64,000 bases of DNA from Octopus sinensis (GCF_006345805.1 NC_042999.1:75268001-75332000), one strand, 5' to 3'. Counted from the first letter of the stretch, positions 10,516 to 26,800 are shown. Made by a program: numbers and translations. Notes: a model not told the origin generated them from the letters alone.

Positions 10516-13500
10516 GTATTTAAATACATTAATTCAGATAAACGTTTTGAATACCTATTTACAAAATGTTCTTTTGGCGATTAGAAATAACAATATAACT
10601 GAATTTGTTGATTCTAGCTTTCAACAAAACAGTCTATGCTACTAAGATGCGAGTTTATTCATAACTTGATAAGTCTATTAGAAATTAATAAACCACAAGA
10701 CTACATGTTTTACTAAATTTTGTTTCTATTCTGCAAAAATGAATTGTTTTTATTTCTATACGAACAATAAAATATTCACACAATAGTTCACTAAATAGCA
10801 CCTGTTCTTATATTTGAAACTGTGCATGTTAAACCTTAGTTACTGTTTCTTTATTCCTATTACTTTGCAGAATTAGATCGTTCGTTACTTGATTCTTCTA
10901 TCAATTTTTATTTCTTCCATTTCTTCATTTCAGTTGCCAGAAATTTTGATCCAAAATTTCATCCTTTTGAAGCATCGCGCGAATATGTTCGTGCTTTGAA
11001 TGCTACTAAACTGGAACGAACCTTTGCCAAGCCATTCATCGGTTGCCTCGAAGGACATAAAGATGGTCTCAGTGTTTTGAAGAAACATCCAACATCGTTA
11101 TCAACTTTGTTGTCGGGAGCTCATGATGGAGAGGTACGTTGATTCATCATCATTACCATTATTTTATGTTTTCCACGCTGTTATGAGTAAGAGTGTTCGG
11201 CAGAAGGACCTCCTCTTGCTCCAGTATCTTGTTTTTGATATGATTTTCTCGACTAGATTCCCTTCCTAACACAGACCACTCCACGGAATGTACTTTTTTT
11301 TCATAGCAACCACGCTAGAGAGATTGTCTTGCTGTCAGCAACACAAAAGGGTAATCTTAAGTCTTGCTCAAGTTGATTACCAATTCCACACAGAATGTAA
11401 AAGGTGCTTTATGTGGCACCTGGGCAGTTTGGAAATCACCTTACAAAAGATAATGGTAATGGAGAGAAGGAATAGTTGGGTGACAGTAAAGGAGAAAAGG
11501 AAGAGTAATGTCAGGAATTAAGGAGGAGGGTGGGGGACAAAGTAATTATAGTAATGGGGTGTTGAGTTGGTGTTCCCAGTGGTAGGATGGGTCCGTCTGT
11601 GTGCCATTACAAGATGAGTTTGCTAATCCATCAGTGTCCCAGACAGTTCTTAGTTGATTACAAAATTTAACAGTTTGTGCATCATGAGGTGAATTATTAA
11701 GTTTAATACATGGCTTTTGTTGGATGGCTCTAAGCAGAGTTCTTCCTGTTCAAATATACACTTTTAATTAACACATCAATGAATCAACTATCATTTGCAA
11801 TGTTGCTTTCATATTCTGTCAGATTATGTAAATTTGAAGATATTTATCAATTTATTTGCCATAACTATGCAACATATATATTGTATTGCCTTACACCAGA
11901 CTCGGTTATGCTAGATATAAGACTCTAGAATTATTTGTTACCCTTGTCACCTCTAAGAACAGTTGTATCTTGTATCTAACTATAAATATTTATCTTTCGG
12001 TAAGTGGTAGAATCTACAAGAGCTAAGTGTCTTGGTTATGGAAATTTACTTGTATTTGTGTCAATATTAACATAGAATCAGTTGAATTGGCTAGAATTAA
12101 TAAAACCATGGCACCATGAACTAATATTGACTTCACCCAGTGATTAGAGATGTCTAACATGGAGACTGTCAACTTGTTATGATTCCTGTCATGAACATGA
12201 TATATACAAGGACAAGATGTCTCTGCTGGCAGTGGGCCTCCTCTTGCGTACCCATCAATTAAGTTTTCTTTTCCTTTGTTGCTTAGGTAAAAGTATGGAA
12301 TTTACCCACAAGAAAATCTATTTCAACAGTTCAGGCCCATACTGGAGTTGTTAACAGCCTTTGCTTTCATCCTAAAGGGAAATATTTTTTCACTGTAAGT
12401 CACTTTTTTATACTGTATTTTTTTCATTGTAAGTTGTTTAGTCCTAGCTCCAATCTGTATTCAAATGCATTCCATCTGTGACCATCCAGTTTTATTTTCT
12501 GATACAGAATATCTAGCACCACATTGTTCAATGTGTCTTGCCTTATTTAAAAGACTAAGGTTATTTGATGGATATTTATTGCTTTTGTTTTTTGTAGGTT
12601 GAACAACCATTTGGAGGCCTCTGATTTATATGTGTATGTGATGGGTTCATTAACTATCATAGTTTAGACGTAACTGACAGCACAGGGTTGCTCCAACAGT
12701 TCAGATACAAATGTAGGAATTTTCCAGTTCTGTGTAATCAACTGTGGTAAAATAAATATTTAGATAAAAAAAATAAAATATTGCTAAAGTAAATTCTTAT
12801 GTTTCACAATAAAGTGTAAATTGAAAGAAATAGAATTATAATTTATAGATTTATATTCTTTTAGTTGTTTCAGTTTCTGAACCCTTGAAGGGTTTTAAGT
12901 AATCATCAACACTAGTACATATTTTATTGATCAGATCACCAACTTAAACAACAAAGAGACTCAGTATAAATAGAACCAGCTGTATAAAAGACAGACAAAA
13001 TTCACACATTTATATACAATGGTCTTCTGCTCAATTTTTGCCTACCAAACTTCACTCATAGGTATATGTCAACTTGAGACTATAGTAGGTGATACTTGCT
13101 TAAAGTGCTGTGCAGTGGGATTGAACCTGGAACCTCATAGTTGCAAAGCAAATGTCTTAATTGCACAGCCATGCTTACACTTGTGATCAGGTTTTAAATA
13201 TATAGACTTTTATTTGTTTATTAATTTTACAAGAAATAATATCAGTCTATAGTTTTTCACCAACTATCTTGCAAGTGATATTCTTTTATAGATATTAAAG
13301 CATGCCATGGTCCAAATCATATTCTAGGGTTCATTTGATTGACTACAACCCTTACTTTAACAATATGCCTAGTCCTTTACCCCCAATTAAATTTATTCAA
13401 CAAGTAATTTGAGTATTTAATTAAAGCTTCCAAAATCATTTCGTTAAAAATGAGGGTGTTATTCGAAATAGCTGAATTAGTAGAATACCTGATAAATGTA

Positions 13501-16500
13501 TTTAGTTTCATCATTGTCAGTTCAAATTTTGCTGTGATTATCGTTGTGCCAATTTAAAGAACAAAAACCCATTATATTTAAAATGCATATAAGTGCAGTA
13601 TAAGAAATAAAACTACTATGTGAATTGAGTGGAAGTACTTCACTTCATTTGCATTTCTAGCTAATAATACAGAAAATCATAACTTCATAATGTCTGCTTT
13701 ACTTTTCTCTTTGAATTGTTTTCATTAACAGTGTGGAAGGGACAAGACAATCAAGCAGTGGAATCTAGATGAAGAATTTCACATTGAAGAAGACCCTACC
13801 AATGTTATTCTAGGACAAGTATGTAGATATACATCTACAGTTTGATAAATTACCCATCCTCCTTTCAGATAATGATCTACAAATAAGATGTGTTGCTTAT
13901 ATTTTCCTATCATTTCCTTTTAGCACAACAACCACCATCACTGCTGTCATATCTCCCTAGTCATTTATACAACTACCGAGTCAGTTCTTATTTATTCTTT
14001 ATTGCAATTTGTGTACAATAGCAATGTTGGTTACAGGTTACTTTTTTACTGAATTTCTAATGCACTGGAGTGACAAGGGACTAACTCACTGCAAGGGATT
14101 TTGTTTGTAAAATGCCACATTTTCAGTTTCCTTACTAATATAAATTGGTAAAACACATGCCCATACAAGTTTGCTTCTTCCAAAATCTACTGACAAGCTA
14201 TTTCTTAACCCAGTGCTATGGCAGAAGATTCTTACCCAAAATGCCATACTGCAAGGATGATTGCAAAACCATACAGTTGCATAATAATCTCCTTAGCCAT
14301 ACAGTTGCTTCAGTAATTGAGGCAGTGAGTTGTTGAGTGCCCTGTCCAATATTAGTGATAATTATTATTACACCTCACTATATTAGTGGTTAACCTATAG
14401 TACTGGCATAATCACTTATAAAATATTAAATTATTTTTCCTCATTTTATTGTCAGTATATTTTGGTCTTTATTCTCATATCAGCTCTGACCAAGCAAACA
14501 TATGATCACAGTTGATCATATCTTAGTTACATATGTGCATTTGTGTCTTTCCTTTTCCTAAGACTGTAGGATTGATTTGGCTGTTGTTTTTAATTAGTTT
14601 GTCTAGTGGTCCCCTAGCTGGCTCATATTTTTATTAGTATTGTCAATTGAAGTAGTCTATAATAACTACACTGTAAAAGGGGCATGGTATGCCATTATTC
14701 TTTTATTCCAGTCATTTGACTGTAGCCACGCTGGAGCACCACTTTTATTCAAACAAATCGATTCCAGGTCTTATTCTTTGTAAGCCAAGTACTTATTCTA
14801 TCGGTGTCTTTTGCCGAAGTGCTAGGTTACAGGGACGTAAACACATCAACATCGGTTGTCAAGCGATGGCGGAGGAACAAACAGAGACACAAATACACAC
14901 ACACATATATACAGTTTTTCAATGCTTTGGTCGGCCCGAGGCTATAGTAGAAGATAGTAGTAGGTGCAACGCAATGGGACTGAACTTGGAACCATGTGGT
15001 TGGGAAGCAAGCTTCTTACCACGCAGCCACTCCTTTGTCTATTTATTTATTCTTGTTATAGTACATCATAAAGTTTTATACTACATCTACGACTTGGTCG
15101 CTGATATAATTCCAGATGCAGTAGAATTGTCTATGACCAAATAATAGATGAACATTTTGTTACCATTTACGATACTATCTAAAAATAAAGTTAACAACAC
15201 TCGATCTCGGATGAATTCAGTCTCCAGAACAAGTAGAAATAACTCTGTAATCAATGTTTAGAATTGACTTAGAAAATGAAGCTGTAACCTGAGTTGTTTC
15301 CCTTATTAGGTTCTTCGCCTGTTCATCAGTTAAGTTTGTTTCGACGAGCTATCTGAATTGTTAACACATCAGACAAAATGTTTAGCGGCATTTCGTCGTC
15401 TTTACGTCTAAGTTCAAATTCTGCCGGGATCGATTTTACCTTTTCCTTCGTTATTGATAAAATAAGTATCAGTTGAGCACTGGGACCGATGTAATTGATT
15501 AGCTCCCCTTCCCTCCCCTAAAATTTCAAGCCTTGTGCTAATAGTAGAAAAAATTATTAAGCTGTCAGGAAAGGCTCATCATCCGTGGATAAGATGGGGC
15601 AGAAATCTAAAGAATCAGCTTTACCCTTGTTTTTACATTCTATTATTGATTGAACATGTCTTCTCCAACACATCATCTCACCTCTTAACATAGTCACTCG
15701 AGTACTTTTGTGAGGTTCAGAATTCAGTGATCAGCTTACACCATTTCGCTCCTTGTCTTCCTCAGTTTGCTTATTCTGCAAGTTCCTTCCCCTTGGTTCT
15801 CTTGGCATTTCTTTATCCACACTAGCACAGTTTCTTTTCCCACACACTACTTCTGATTCTTCTTATATTTAGTTTTTCTCTCATTTCATTTGAGTTTCAT
15901 TGTTCATGCACACTTATATTATGCATGTAGCAAAGCAAGCTTGTCACTTTCTCTGCAGCCTTTATACATCCTCTGCATTTAGTATCCATGTTTTGCTACC
16001 ATGTAACATTGCAATTTGCACACTTGCATCAAAAGAAATCTTCCTACCATTTGGAAAGATACTGTCTTTGTTGGATGAACTTATACCCATTGCATTCTTA
16101 TTCTGGCTGCTGTCCTTTTGGAATACTCACTTACACTCTTAAAAGAAGCTACCAACTGCTTCTATGGAAACTTCCAAGCATGTAAAGGAATTTATTTCAT
16201 AGATGCTCTGAGTGCTAACTACTAATGCGCAGCTGCCATATATGAAGTTTCTCTTTTTTCTCTGGCATCCAACCTGTGATTTCACCACTATTCTTGTGCA
16301 ACCATAGTTTGTGTTCATACACTGTATAGAATTCCTATCTAAAACCTGGATAAGAAGAGAACTTTTGCTTTCTTGCTAACTAAAACTTTTATTTTTGTCA
16401 GTTTTACTTTAGAGTCTTTTGATTCTAGGCTTTACTGCTTAGCTTGAAATTTTTTCTCTAGGTGTTCAAATGAGTTAGCTATAAGAACCAGATCAACATA

Positions 16501-17767
16501 CAATGTTTTCAGATAGGCAGCTGGTCTTAAACTCCTCTTTTAGCCTAGAGAACTATAAGAAGCAAGAGGAGGTTGATAATCGGACTCAGATGGACATTTG
16601 TCTACATGCTAAATTTGTTCCTGAGTTTATTGCCAACTTTTCCCTTGCTAACCTGGCTTGTATGGACCTCACAAACCATACATCTGTACCTAGTTTTCTA
16701 AGCAACCATCAAGATAGAAAGCACAGTACTCTATGAAGATCAATAAGTGTTAGGTATAGTATTTTGCTCTTAGCTAAGAATTTCTCTGTTGTTTCTCATC
16801 AGTGGTGCTCCAGCTTGCCATATATTTGAACTGATCAAAGCTGGTTCCTTTCTTAAAACTATTTTCATTACTTTCATAATTTGTTCCATCACTGTAATTT
16901 CTTTTTTGTTGGATAATTCTTGCCCTTTCATGGCAGGGGAAGACTATACTGCTACACTAGTAAATGAGTATGATGATGCTACTTAGCTGAGTATGTGCAT
17001 GACTAGCACTGTCCTTATGTTACCTCATATTTTCAATAAAGAGAGAGATAGAAAATTTTAATATGATCAAGTCACCTTATTTTCATGATACAAATTGTAT
17101 TAGATAAAATCCACTCACAAGTCCATAGAAGTACTAATGGTTTATGTCATCAGCAATTAACTCATAAGAGGATTCAATAAGACTACTACCAGTTTCGTCA
17201 AATTTTAGATCTCATTTTGTCTTATAATATTGTCTGTGGCATTTAAACATCTCAAACTTTCTACTGATCTCTCCTCTAGATATATTGCATGTTAAGTTAA
17301 TTATTTTGTTGCTTCCAGACTCTCTTTCATGCCATTGATCATCATTGGAAAGACAATATCTTTGCTACTTGTGGAGAACAGGTTGACATCTGGGATGAAT
17401 CACGGGCAGAGCCTATCCGTTCATACAGCTGGGGCGTTGATAGTGTCCAGTCATTAAAATTCAACCCAGTTGAGGTAATTTCGTTTTTTTTTTTACTATC
17501 TCAATTTTATATATACTCCTTTATTAGTTTCTGCTCAAGAGCTGTGGCCATTTATTCTTTTACTTGTTTTTGTCATTTGGCTGTGGCCATGCTGGAGCAC
17601 CAGTCGAACAAATTGACTCCAGGACTTTTTTTAAAGTCTATTACTTATTCTATTGGTCTCTTTTTGCTGAACCTCAATGTTACAGGGATGTAAACACCAA
17701 CACTGGTTGTCAAGTGGTGATGGATGGACAAACTCAGAAACAAAGACATACACACACATGACTATAT

Positions 17768-17810
<43 letters not shown>

Positions 17811-20800
17811 GATACTAGCAGAATTGCCCGGCGTTGCTCGGGGCTGAATTGCTTGAAAGTACTGTTAATGATTGCACTGAATTATGATGATTATTCAGGC
17901 AAATATTGAAATAAGCTTACAGTGGGAGATAAGGACTTAACGCCAAACGTGTGCCATTGCATTGTTTTGGGGGAACCAAATTTCTGATGAGCATTATAGG
18001 GGCACTAACTTTAAGTTTGAGAAAGTGTGGTGGTAGTCCGGGGTGCTCAAAGGAATTGAGTACCTCTATTGGATAGTTGATGACGTCCTCTGGGTCAGGA
18101 GTTGTATCGATAGACTGATATACATCGACTTCCCCAGGAATGAGTTTTAGCATTTCATCATTAATATGGTGAACAGTTTTATTCCTCGGGGCCAGTATAG
18201 CCTTTTTGCCAATCCAATCCATATTCTGATAATTAGCTTGTAAATCTGGGAACACTGCATCTCTGAGATCAGAAGGCGTCTTAACAATGGTACAAATGGA
18301 ATCGATGGCAATATTACCATTTTCATCCCCTGGTATTTTGCCTTCGCCAAGTGCAAGGAGAGTGTGAGGAAATGCTGGTGATGTGATATTACGTCGCATA
18401 TGAGCACGCATATTGGTGTGAAGTTTGAGAGTTACTTCCGTTTATTTTAAAAAATATGCATTAAAATGGAAAAAAATGATGGTAAATTATTTGTAAAATC
18501 ATAGACTCATCGTAGACGCGCGCTAATACCCAGAAGGGCTCGATATGAATCACGACTATAAGATACCCGGTTTTGGTTAAACTGCATCGCAAAATGTGGG
18601 AGTAGTTAGGAATCTAAATCGGAGTAGACAGACACACAACCTTTCTTTTATATATAAATACATACATACACACACACATACATACACACACACACATACA
18701 TACATGCATACATACATATACACATAAACCGAGTAAAAAATTTCAGTTATCTCTCTCTTTCACACACACTAACAGAAGCACTTCACTTACACAACATACT
18801 GTCTGTCTCCCACACTCCATCAAACACACACACACACACACACATGTACATCAATGAGTCCCATGCACGGTAACTTCAAAGGAACTTCCCTCGTCATACA
18901 ATCGCTTTCTCTTAGTCTCTTTCGCTCTCATTACTTATGTAAAAAAATAAGTTTTTTCTATGTGTGTAAATAGGAAGTGGGAGGCAGAGTGAAAGAACCA
19001 CTCACTACAGTAAGTGAATTACTTTCATTTTATTCCTTGCCCACTGTGTGTGTGCGTTTGCGTGTGGTGTAAACCAGACTAAGAAAAGCATTTGACACAC
19101 ACACCAGAATGTGAGTTTTCTGTAAATTTTGCTTAATTGGAGTTTAAATTTTAAAAACTGGACCTGGCATGACGTGATGCATTGTACTCTTAAAACTGCT
19201 AGGTAAATTGTAATTGAAGAAATCCTATATTGTAGATTTGTATAACTCCCAAAGGGAGGCAGATAAAATCTGCCTTTTATAATAAGAGATATATATATGT
19301 GTGTGTGTATACAGCAGGCTACCAAATCCACTCACAAGGCTTTGGTCATCCCAAGGCTATAGTACAAGGCACTTGCCCAAGGTGTCATGCAGTGAGACTG
19401 AACCCAGAACCATGTGGTTGGGAAGCAAGCTTCTTACCACACAGCCACGTTTGCACCATGTGTATTAGTTATGAAGTTTTCAAGAAACTTCATGGCTCAC
19501 TGGACAACGCGCTAGACTATTTATCACATGGTCTTAGGTTCAAACTGCATCCAAATAGAAAGCTACCAAAATAATTTGCCTTTCTTGAGGCACCCAATTG
19601 CTGTATCAAGTTTGAACACATGACTAATAGTCTGATATCTTAATATCCCACTATGTTTCAGAAGGGTGATGTAAAAAAGGACTCGTTCTAGTAGCTAAAA
19701 TGTTAGTGATGGAAACAGAACTGACTGGGGAAATGCAATCAAGAAATAACCTCAACACTGAATGAGTTAACAAAGATTTCTCTTAACTATTTTACTACTA
19801 TATTTCTAACTAATTAGATACATTCACTTTGTTTTTCAATTAAATTCTAAAAGAATCTGGAACTTAGACATGTTTCATATAAAACAGTTTTAACTTCTTC
19901 ATTTATTGATATGTATTGGTATTTGGAACATTTATTGATATGTATTGATATTTGGAACAAAATTTACAAAAACTTTAGGATTTTAGCAACAGGATGTTTG
20001 ATAAAAACTGGTAAATTTGTTAGACTGTAAAATTACAGGATATCAACATATAAAATGGGTTTTTCAGGTAATATTTAACTGAGATATTTGTAACAGAGTT
20101 GTAATATAGAATTGTTCATATTGACTTACACTGTGTAATACGATTTTTGTCCTTGGGTAGCAACTGTTATTTTCTATTTGCTTACCCCTAGAAAGTATGA
20201 AAAATGGCTAATATTTCTTTCAAACTTTGCTTTTGTTATATTTATTCAAACACTGAAGAATCCTTCTCAACACATGGCTATGATACTCCCCCACTACTCT
20301 TGCTCTTGATCAGAGACGCACATATTGTCAGCCGCTAAGGAATGTGCTGAAGTGGTTAAGGTAAAGCAAATGACAAGTAAATCTATGGTATTGAGCTGAA
20401 TATTTGCTATAACGTTATTTTTGCTTCAGCAACTCAGCACTGAATCTATCTGAGACATAATGGAAAATAGGTTAGTTTCAAAACATTGATGTCCATGTCA
20501 CAAAAGCAAAATTCAAAAGGAATAGTAGTCATTTCCTTTGATTTCTAAATAGGAAATAACACTTATTGACCAAAGACAAAAAGAAACATCTTTTGCATTT
20601 GGATTTGCTGCTACTTTGAATGTGAAATTGGCATCCATTTGCTTTATGTGTAAAAAGTTACAGGAAAGATAACTGTAATGATTTGGACAAATTATCCAAA
20701 AACTTATTCAGAAATCAAATTTCATTTTATAAAATGTTGGACAGTGTACTGGAAGAATTTCGTTAGCTCTGACACAGTAATGAAATTTATATTAATATTA

Positions 20801-23800
20801 TCTTTTAAATATATATGCTAATTATTGATGGGTTGATAATAATTAAGCCCATGTAAAGTTTTGTGTGGTATTGGGCAGTTTGGTAACTAAAGAATTAAAT
20901 CTAAATTACAATTGGACCACAACTTAGTACAGTGGATAGGACAGAATCAGTTCAGTGTTAGACAAAATACTTCATAGTAGTTTGCATCTATGTGTTCCAA
21001 ACTGAAATTTTTCTATGGTTGACTTGGCTGTTTAACATCTGGGGTCAATAAAATAAGTCCCAGTCAAGTATTGGGGGTCAGTATAGTCACTAGCTCCCAC
21101 CTCAGCCAAATCTCTGGCCTTATGTCTTTCTAAGAATGTACACTGAATTAAACCCATTCTATATTGTACTTACTGAAAGAAATATGGTAGGATACAGCTT
21201 ATTGAATTTTCTTAATTTTTATTTCCAGCATCACCTTCTTGGAGCAACAGCTTGTGATAGATCAATTATACTTTATGATATGAGAGGGACAGCCCCACTG
21301 AGAAAGGTAAGGTATTGCTGTTCTCTGAGATGATGTGTGATATTTAGATTTTAAGCTTCTAGACAATATATATGTACATGTATATTTTTATATTTATTTG
21401 TATGTATAATGTATATATATATGTATAGCTATGTACTGCTGCCTCTCCATTCTCCTCAATTCATACTTGTATGTGTATGGCATTGTGCTTCTGAAGATAT
21501 GTAGAATACATCCTTCACTTGAAAAACATGTACCAGTTAGAGAGATAAAGGGCATCATCACCATTATTTAATGTTTTTCCCATGATATCATGAGTTGAAC
21601 AGTTTGACAAGAGCTTGCAAGCCAGAGGACTGTGCCAAGTTCTATTGTCTGTTTTGGAATGGCTTTTACAGCTGGATGCCCTTTCTAATGCCAGCCATTT
21701 TACAGAGTATACTGGGTCCTTTGTTTCTGGCATCAGTTTTCTCTCAATACACTAGCATTGAGTATTGGGATGGTCATAGCTGGAAAGACTCTGATCATAG
21801 ATCTACTCAATCAGAACTGACCTGGAGCTAAACAGCAACAACAACAACATCAAAAACAATTTAATTATTGGGCAATGTCTAACTTTTCTGATCTAATGAT
21901 TGCAGGTTTTGCTTCAACTAAAATCAAATGCCTTAGCCTGGAATCCCATGGAACCTTTTGTTTTTACTGTTGCTAACGAAGATTACAAGTAAGTAGCAAG
22001 TATACCAATCAAGTTTGCAAATTATCATTGCCATCTTTATTTAATCTATTCTTCCAAAGATAAGGACTGTTCTGATGTTAGAAGCATTATTTCATTTCCT
22101 CAGCCATTGACTGTATTATTTTTTTATGAGGTGCATGTTTTTTTATTTTGGTTTTTAATTTTTACCCAACACCTTAGGTAAATGTCTTCCACTATAACCC
22201 TGGGGCGACCAAATTCTTGAGAGTGGATTTGGTGGGTGGAAATTGAAACAAACTTGTGTGTGTGTGTATGTGTGTTTACTCTTGTCTAGACATCCTGGGA
22301 TGGTTGTAAATGAGCAACATTGTAATACAAGTGAGGTTGTTCCTTTCCACTTTACTGTAAAGACATTTCTAACTGTCTAGCTTGCTTAGAAACAAGTCAT
22401 CATCATCATAATCGTTGTTTAACGTCTGCTTTCCATTCTGGCATGAGTTGGACTGTTTGACTGAGGACTGGCAAACCAGAAGGCTGCACCAGGCTCCAAT
22501 CTGATCTGGCAAAGTTTCCACAGCTGGATGCCCTTCCTAACGCCAACCACTCCGAGAGTGTAGTGGGTGCTTTTTATGTGCCACTGGCACAAGGGCCAGT
22601 TGGGCGGTTTTGGCATCGACCATGTTTGAATGGTGCTTTTTATGTGCCACCAGCATGGGAACCAGTCAGGTGGCACTGGCAACAACCACACTCAAATGGT
22701 GCTTTTTACATGCTACCAACACGGGAGCCAGTCAGGCGGCACTGGCAACAATCGTGTTTAAATGGTGCTTTTTATGTGTCACCAGCAGGGGACTATTTGG
22801 GAGTAGTGCAGTGCAAGCCAAACCCACTGAAAATTATTCATCTGCACAGGTACTTCCTGTACACCAAATCTTAGTAAAATCATTGAATTGATTAATTGGC
22901 AGAAACCTAAAACTGCTCTTATAACTTACTTTAAAATGTCTCAAACCAATTTAGTAAATGGCATAAAAGGCTTGGGAACATCAGGGGAACAGGTCTGGCT
23001 TGGCAAGTGTCCCAGTGTGTCACAGGCTGGATCCAGTTGTCATCCTGCCACTGTGGTCAAACAATCTTCAAGAAAAAAGTAAAAATATCCTTTGAATTTT
23101 GGCTGTTGGAATGTGTGCACACTTCTTGATGATAATTTCAACAAGAGACCAGAAAGGCGTACTGCACTTATTGCATGTGAGCTTAAGAAATATTTTCTTG
23201 ATATAGTTGTGCTCCCTGAAACTTGTCTCTCTGGTGAGGGTCAAGTAAATGAACCTACTTATGGATATACTATCTTTTGGAGAGGCCTACCTAAGGGTCA
23301 GCATAGAGAATCTGGTGTTGGGTTTGCTCCATTGCAGAGCTTCCAAGTGGTATATCTGAATGGATCATGTCATGCCATATTAAACTGGCAAAAAGTGGGT
23401 TTCTTACCATTGTCAGTATTTATGCACCAACAATGTTCCATTCTGATGGAACTGTAGGACAGTTTTATGATGATCTAGTACAATTATTGAGGAAAGTACC
23501 AATTTCTGACAAGCTGGTCATATTGGGAGATTTCAATGCAAGAGTTGAAAAGGACTATGTTTCATAGCCTGCTTTAGGTTGACATGGGATTGGAAAATGT
23601 AATTAAAATGGAGTAGCTCTTTTGATGTTTTGTGCTGAGAATTATCTGGTTGTCACCAACACTCTTGTTTAAGCAGAAAAATAAATATAAAACCACCTGG
23701 ATGCACCCAAGATCTAAGCACTGGCACCTCATAGATTATATTCTGATCAGAAAACGTGATATAAAAGATGTTTCTAGCATTCGGGCCATGAGAGACACAG

Positions 23801-26800
23801 AGAGCTGGACTGACCATCATCTAGTGCATGGAAAAATAGATCTTTTGATAATGCCTAAAAACCGACAGTCTGGTCCTAAGGTACCCAAAAAGTTAAATGT
23901 TGAGAACTTTAAATTATCAAGTGACTTGCAAAGATTTCATGAAGTTATAGAAAGTATCAATCTTGACCCAAACCGTTTTGAGCCTGCATTGAGTGCATTG
24001 GACGCAAGGGGATTTTTAAAACCATTTTTGGGTAAAAAAAGTGCGTCTTAGGCCAACAAATGCTGTATATATGTGTGTGTGTGTGTGTGTGTGTATAGAA
24101 AAAAAAAAAAACGAATACAACACAAAAAAAATGGATGTGGTACAGGCAAAGTATTAGCAGATGCTCTGAGGGGAAGGGAAAGGTAGATTTTATGTTTCGT
24201 GTAAAGCTCTTCATCAGAAACAGGATATGGAGGAAAGTCCAAGAGAAAAGAAGACGGAGGAAAAAAGTTGCCAACGATCCACGTTACATTTTGAAATGAT
24301 GGGAAAGGGATGAGTGTTGATAACAGGAAGGGTATCAGGCTGTAAAAAATTTGCCTATTCTAGCTGACCCATACAAGCATGGAAAAGTGAATGTTATGTA
24401 GTGATGATAATGAGTGTGTTTGTAGGTGCAAGTTGAACAAATTCTTAGTAATGTGTTTATGTCTCATTTCAGTTTGTACAGTTTTGACATGAGGAAGCTA
24501 TCTAAACCAACCAACATCCATGTGGACCATGTGAATGCTGGTAAGTCCTTTGTATATAGACTTGTTTCTTGTCTCCTTGACTGACACAAAATGGCGGTCC
24601 ATAACTTGATAATTGATATTCCATTTGTCGTTTCTCTCGTTATCAGGAAACTACAGAGTTATTGGGATGGTGTATAGTTTGATGTTGTAATGTTTCTGTG
24701 CCAGATCACTACTTTGAATCATGTTTGTGCCATCATCATTTCTTCCACTCAGCTATGAACAGTTTATGAAACTGAATCCTTGTTCTAACAGAGTCTCTAG
24801 GTGTTAAATTTGGTTGTGGGTGCCTGATCATTGTGGGTTTATAGGTGTGAGGACTGTTGGACAAGATTAAATGAAATGATTAGATAGACTCTGTTCTGAG
24901 GTTGAATACAGAAGGAACTTCCCATTACCAAATGGGCTGTGCTCAGCATAGCTATCTAATGAAACATTTATCCAATACTTCTAACTGGTTACAGTAGTGT
25001 TCAGTATCTATTCATGGTTCCTACGTCCAGTTAAATAGATTGAGCCTGTAAGAGTTATCTTGGCCATTAACACAGTGACAGGGGACAACTTTCCTGATGT
25101 CACTGCCATATGTGATTTTGTTCTGTTTGCAGACTGGATTATTTTATGCTAAAATTTATCAATATGAAAGCATAAACTAATTATAGCAGGAAATTTAGCA
25201 TCCTTTTCTATCATGGTCATGAGAACAGTCACAATTTATTATATTGATTCAATATCGACAGCCATCTATGAGGTTAATATTTTGTATTGTTTTACTAACA
25301 TTGGTGGGTTCAGTGCAACTTGATGTCTGCAGATTCTGTCATTGAATGTAGAATTTACTACTGTAAAATTGGTTGGACTAAAATTGTTTTATTGACTTGT
25401 GCTGGGAATAACCTCGAGCAGTTGGTATCTAATTTGAACTGTTGCAATGATCAAGGCTGGAAAGAAGAGTAGCAATAAGGATAATTTTGGAATTTTGGTG
25501 AAGTATTTTGCAACCTTGTGGTTTTTGCTTCAATCCCACTGAATGGCACCTTAGGCAAGTATGTTTAAAGGCAGCCAATGTAAATGTCAGTAAGAAAACT
25601 AATTAACAAATAATGATTTGAACCAAAAGGTAAAAATGATACCCTGTGGTATTTGTCCTGTTTGTTGCACAAAGTCTTCCTTGTCTCTATTGCCATTATA
25701 AATGCAGTGAACTAGTCATTGGCCCAATGGCAAAACTAGCCAGCATTGTTCTCATGACTATGGCAGAACTGAAATATGAGTGATAGGAGTGCTGGCCTAG
25801 TGAATCGAGGTGTTTGCAGTGTTAAAACTGTACAGAGGATTGGTGTAAAGTTAATCAATTGTATCTGCCAAAGTGTGTTACTAGGACTTAAAAATGTTCA
25901 CTATTTTCTTTTTATTTGTTACAGTAATTGATGTTGACTACTGCCCAACGGGACGTGAATTTGTCTCAGCTGGATGGGACAAATGCATTCGAATTTTTGC
26001 TTGCAACATGGGTCACAGTAGGTGAGTACAGGGGAGATCAGATATCAGATTTTATGAGGTGAGGTGGGTCTCATTGATTTCAAAAAATGTTATTTTATAT
26101 CTTGTGCCTAAAAAGTAACCAAAAGCATTCCATGACACTGATTCAGAATATTATTTTGGAAACCTGAAATAATATACTTAATACGTTGAACTCTAATAAT
26201 TATGCAGTGAAAATGCTTCGTTATCTCTCTCTCCATGTTTGTAATAGTAAGATGCATGTTGGAGTAGGTATATATTGTGTGCCCTTCCTACTACTAAATT
26301 GTGAACTATTTAGTTGTACAGTAAGATCAGTGAAGTTTAAGAGGAGTTGTGAATTAGGTGTATAACTTTTTTCTGAATTTCTAACCTAATTCTAAATACC
26401 ATACTTTTTTACGTGTCACCTTATTGACCAGACCACCTACAACTCTACTTACGGAAGTGGTAATGTTCATATCTTTACATAGTACTAATTTACAGCTGTG
26501 CATACCTTCCTTCTTGGGACACATAACTCTACTTGTGAAGACCTGTTGAGGCAAGTGAAAATCAAAAAATCAAATCAAAATCGATCAACATCAATGGAAT
26601 TTGTAATTGTGGTACCAGTGCCGGTGGTACATAAGAGAACCATCCGAACGTGGCCGTAGCCAGCACCGCATCGACTGGCCTCCGTGCTGGTGGCATGTAA
26701 CTAACACCATCCGATTGTGGCCGTTGCCAGCCTCGCCTGGCCTCCGTGCCGGTGGCACGTAAAAAGCACCATCCGAGCATGGCCGTTCGCCAGTCTCGTC

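Noticed and set aside
22560-22790. CRISPR-like regularly spaced repeats (also 26610-26810)
   Set aside because: Eukaryotic context; the units are tandem subrepeats without unique spacers or cas genes
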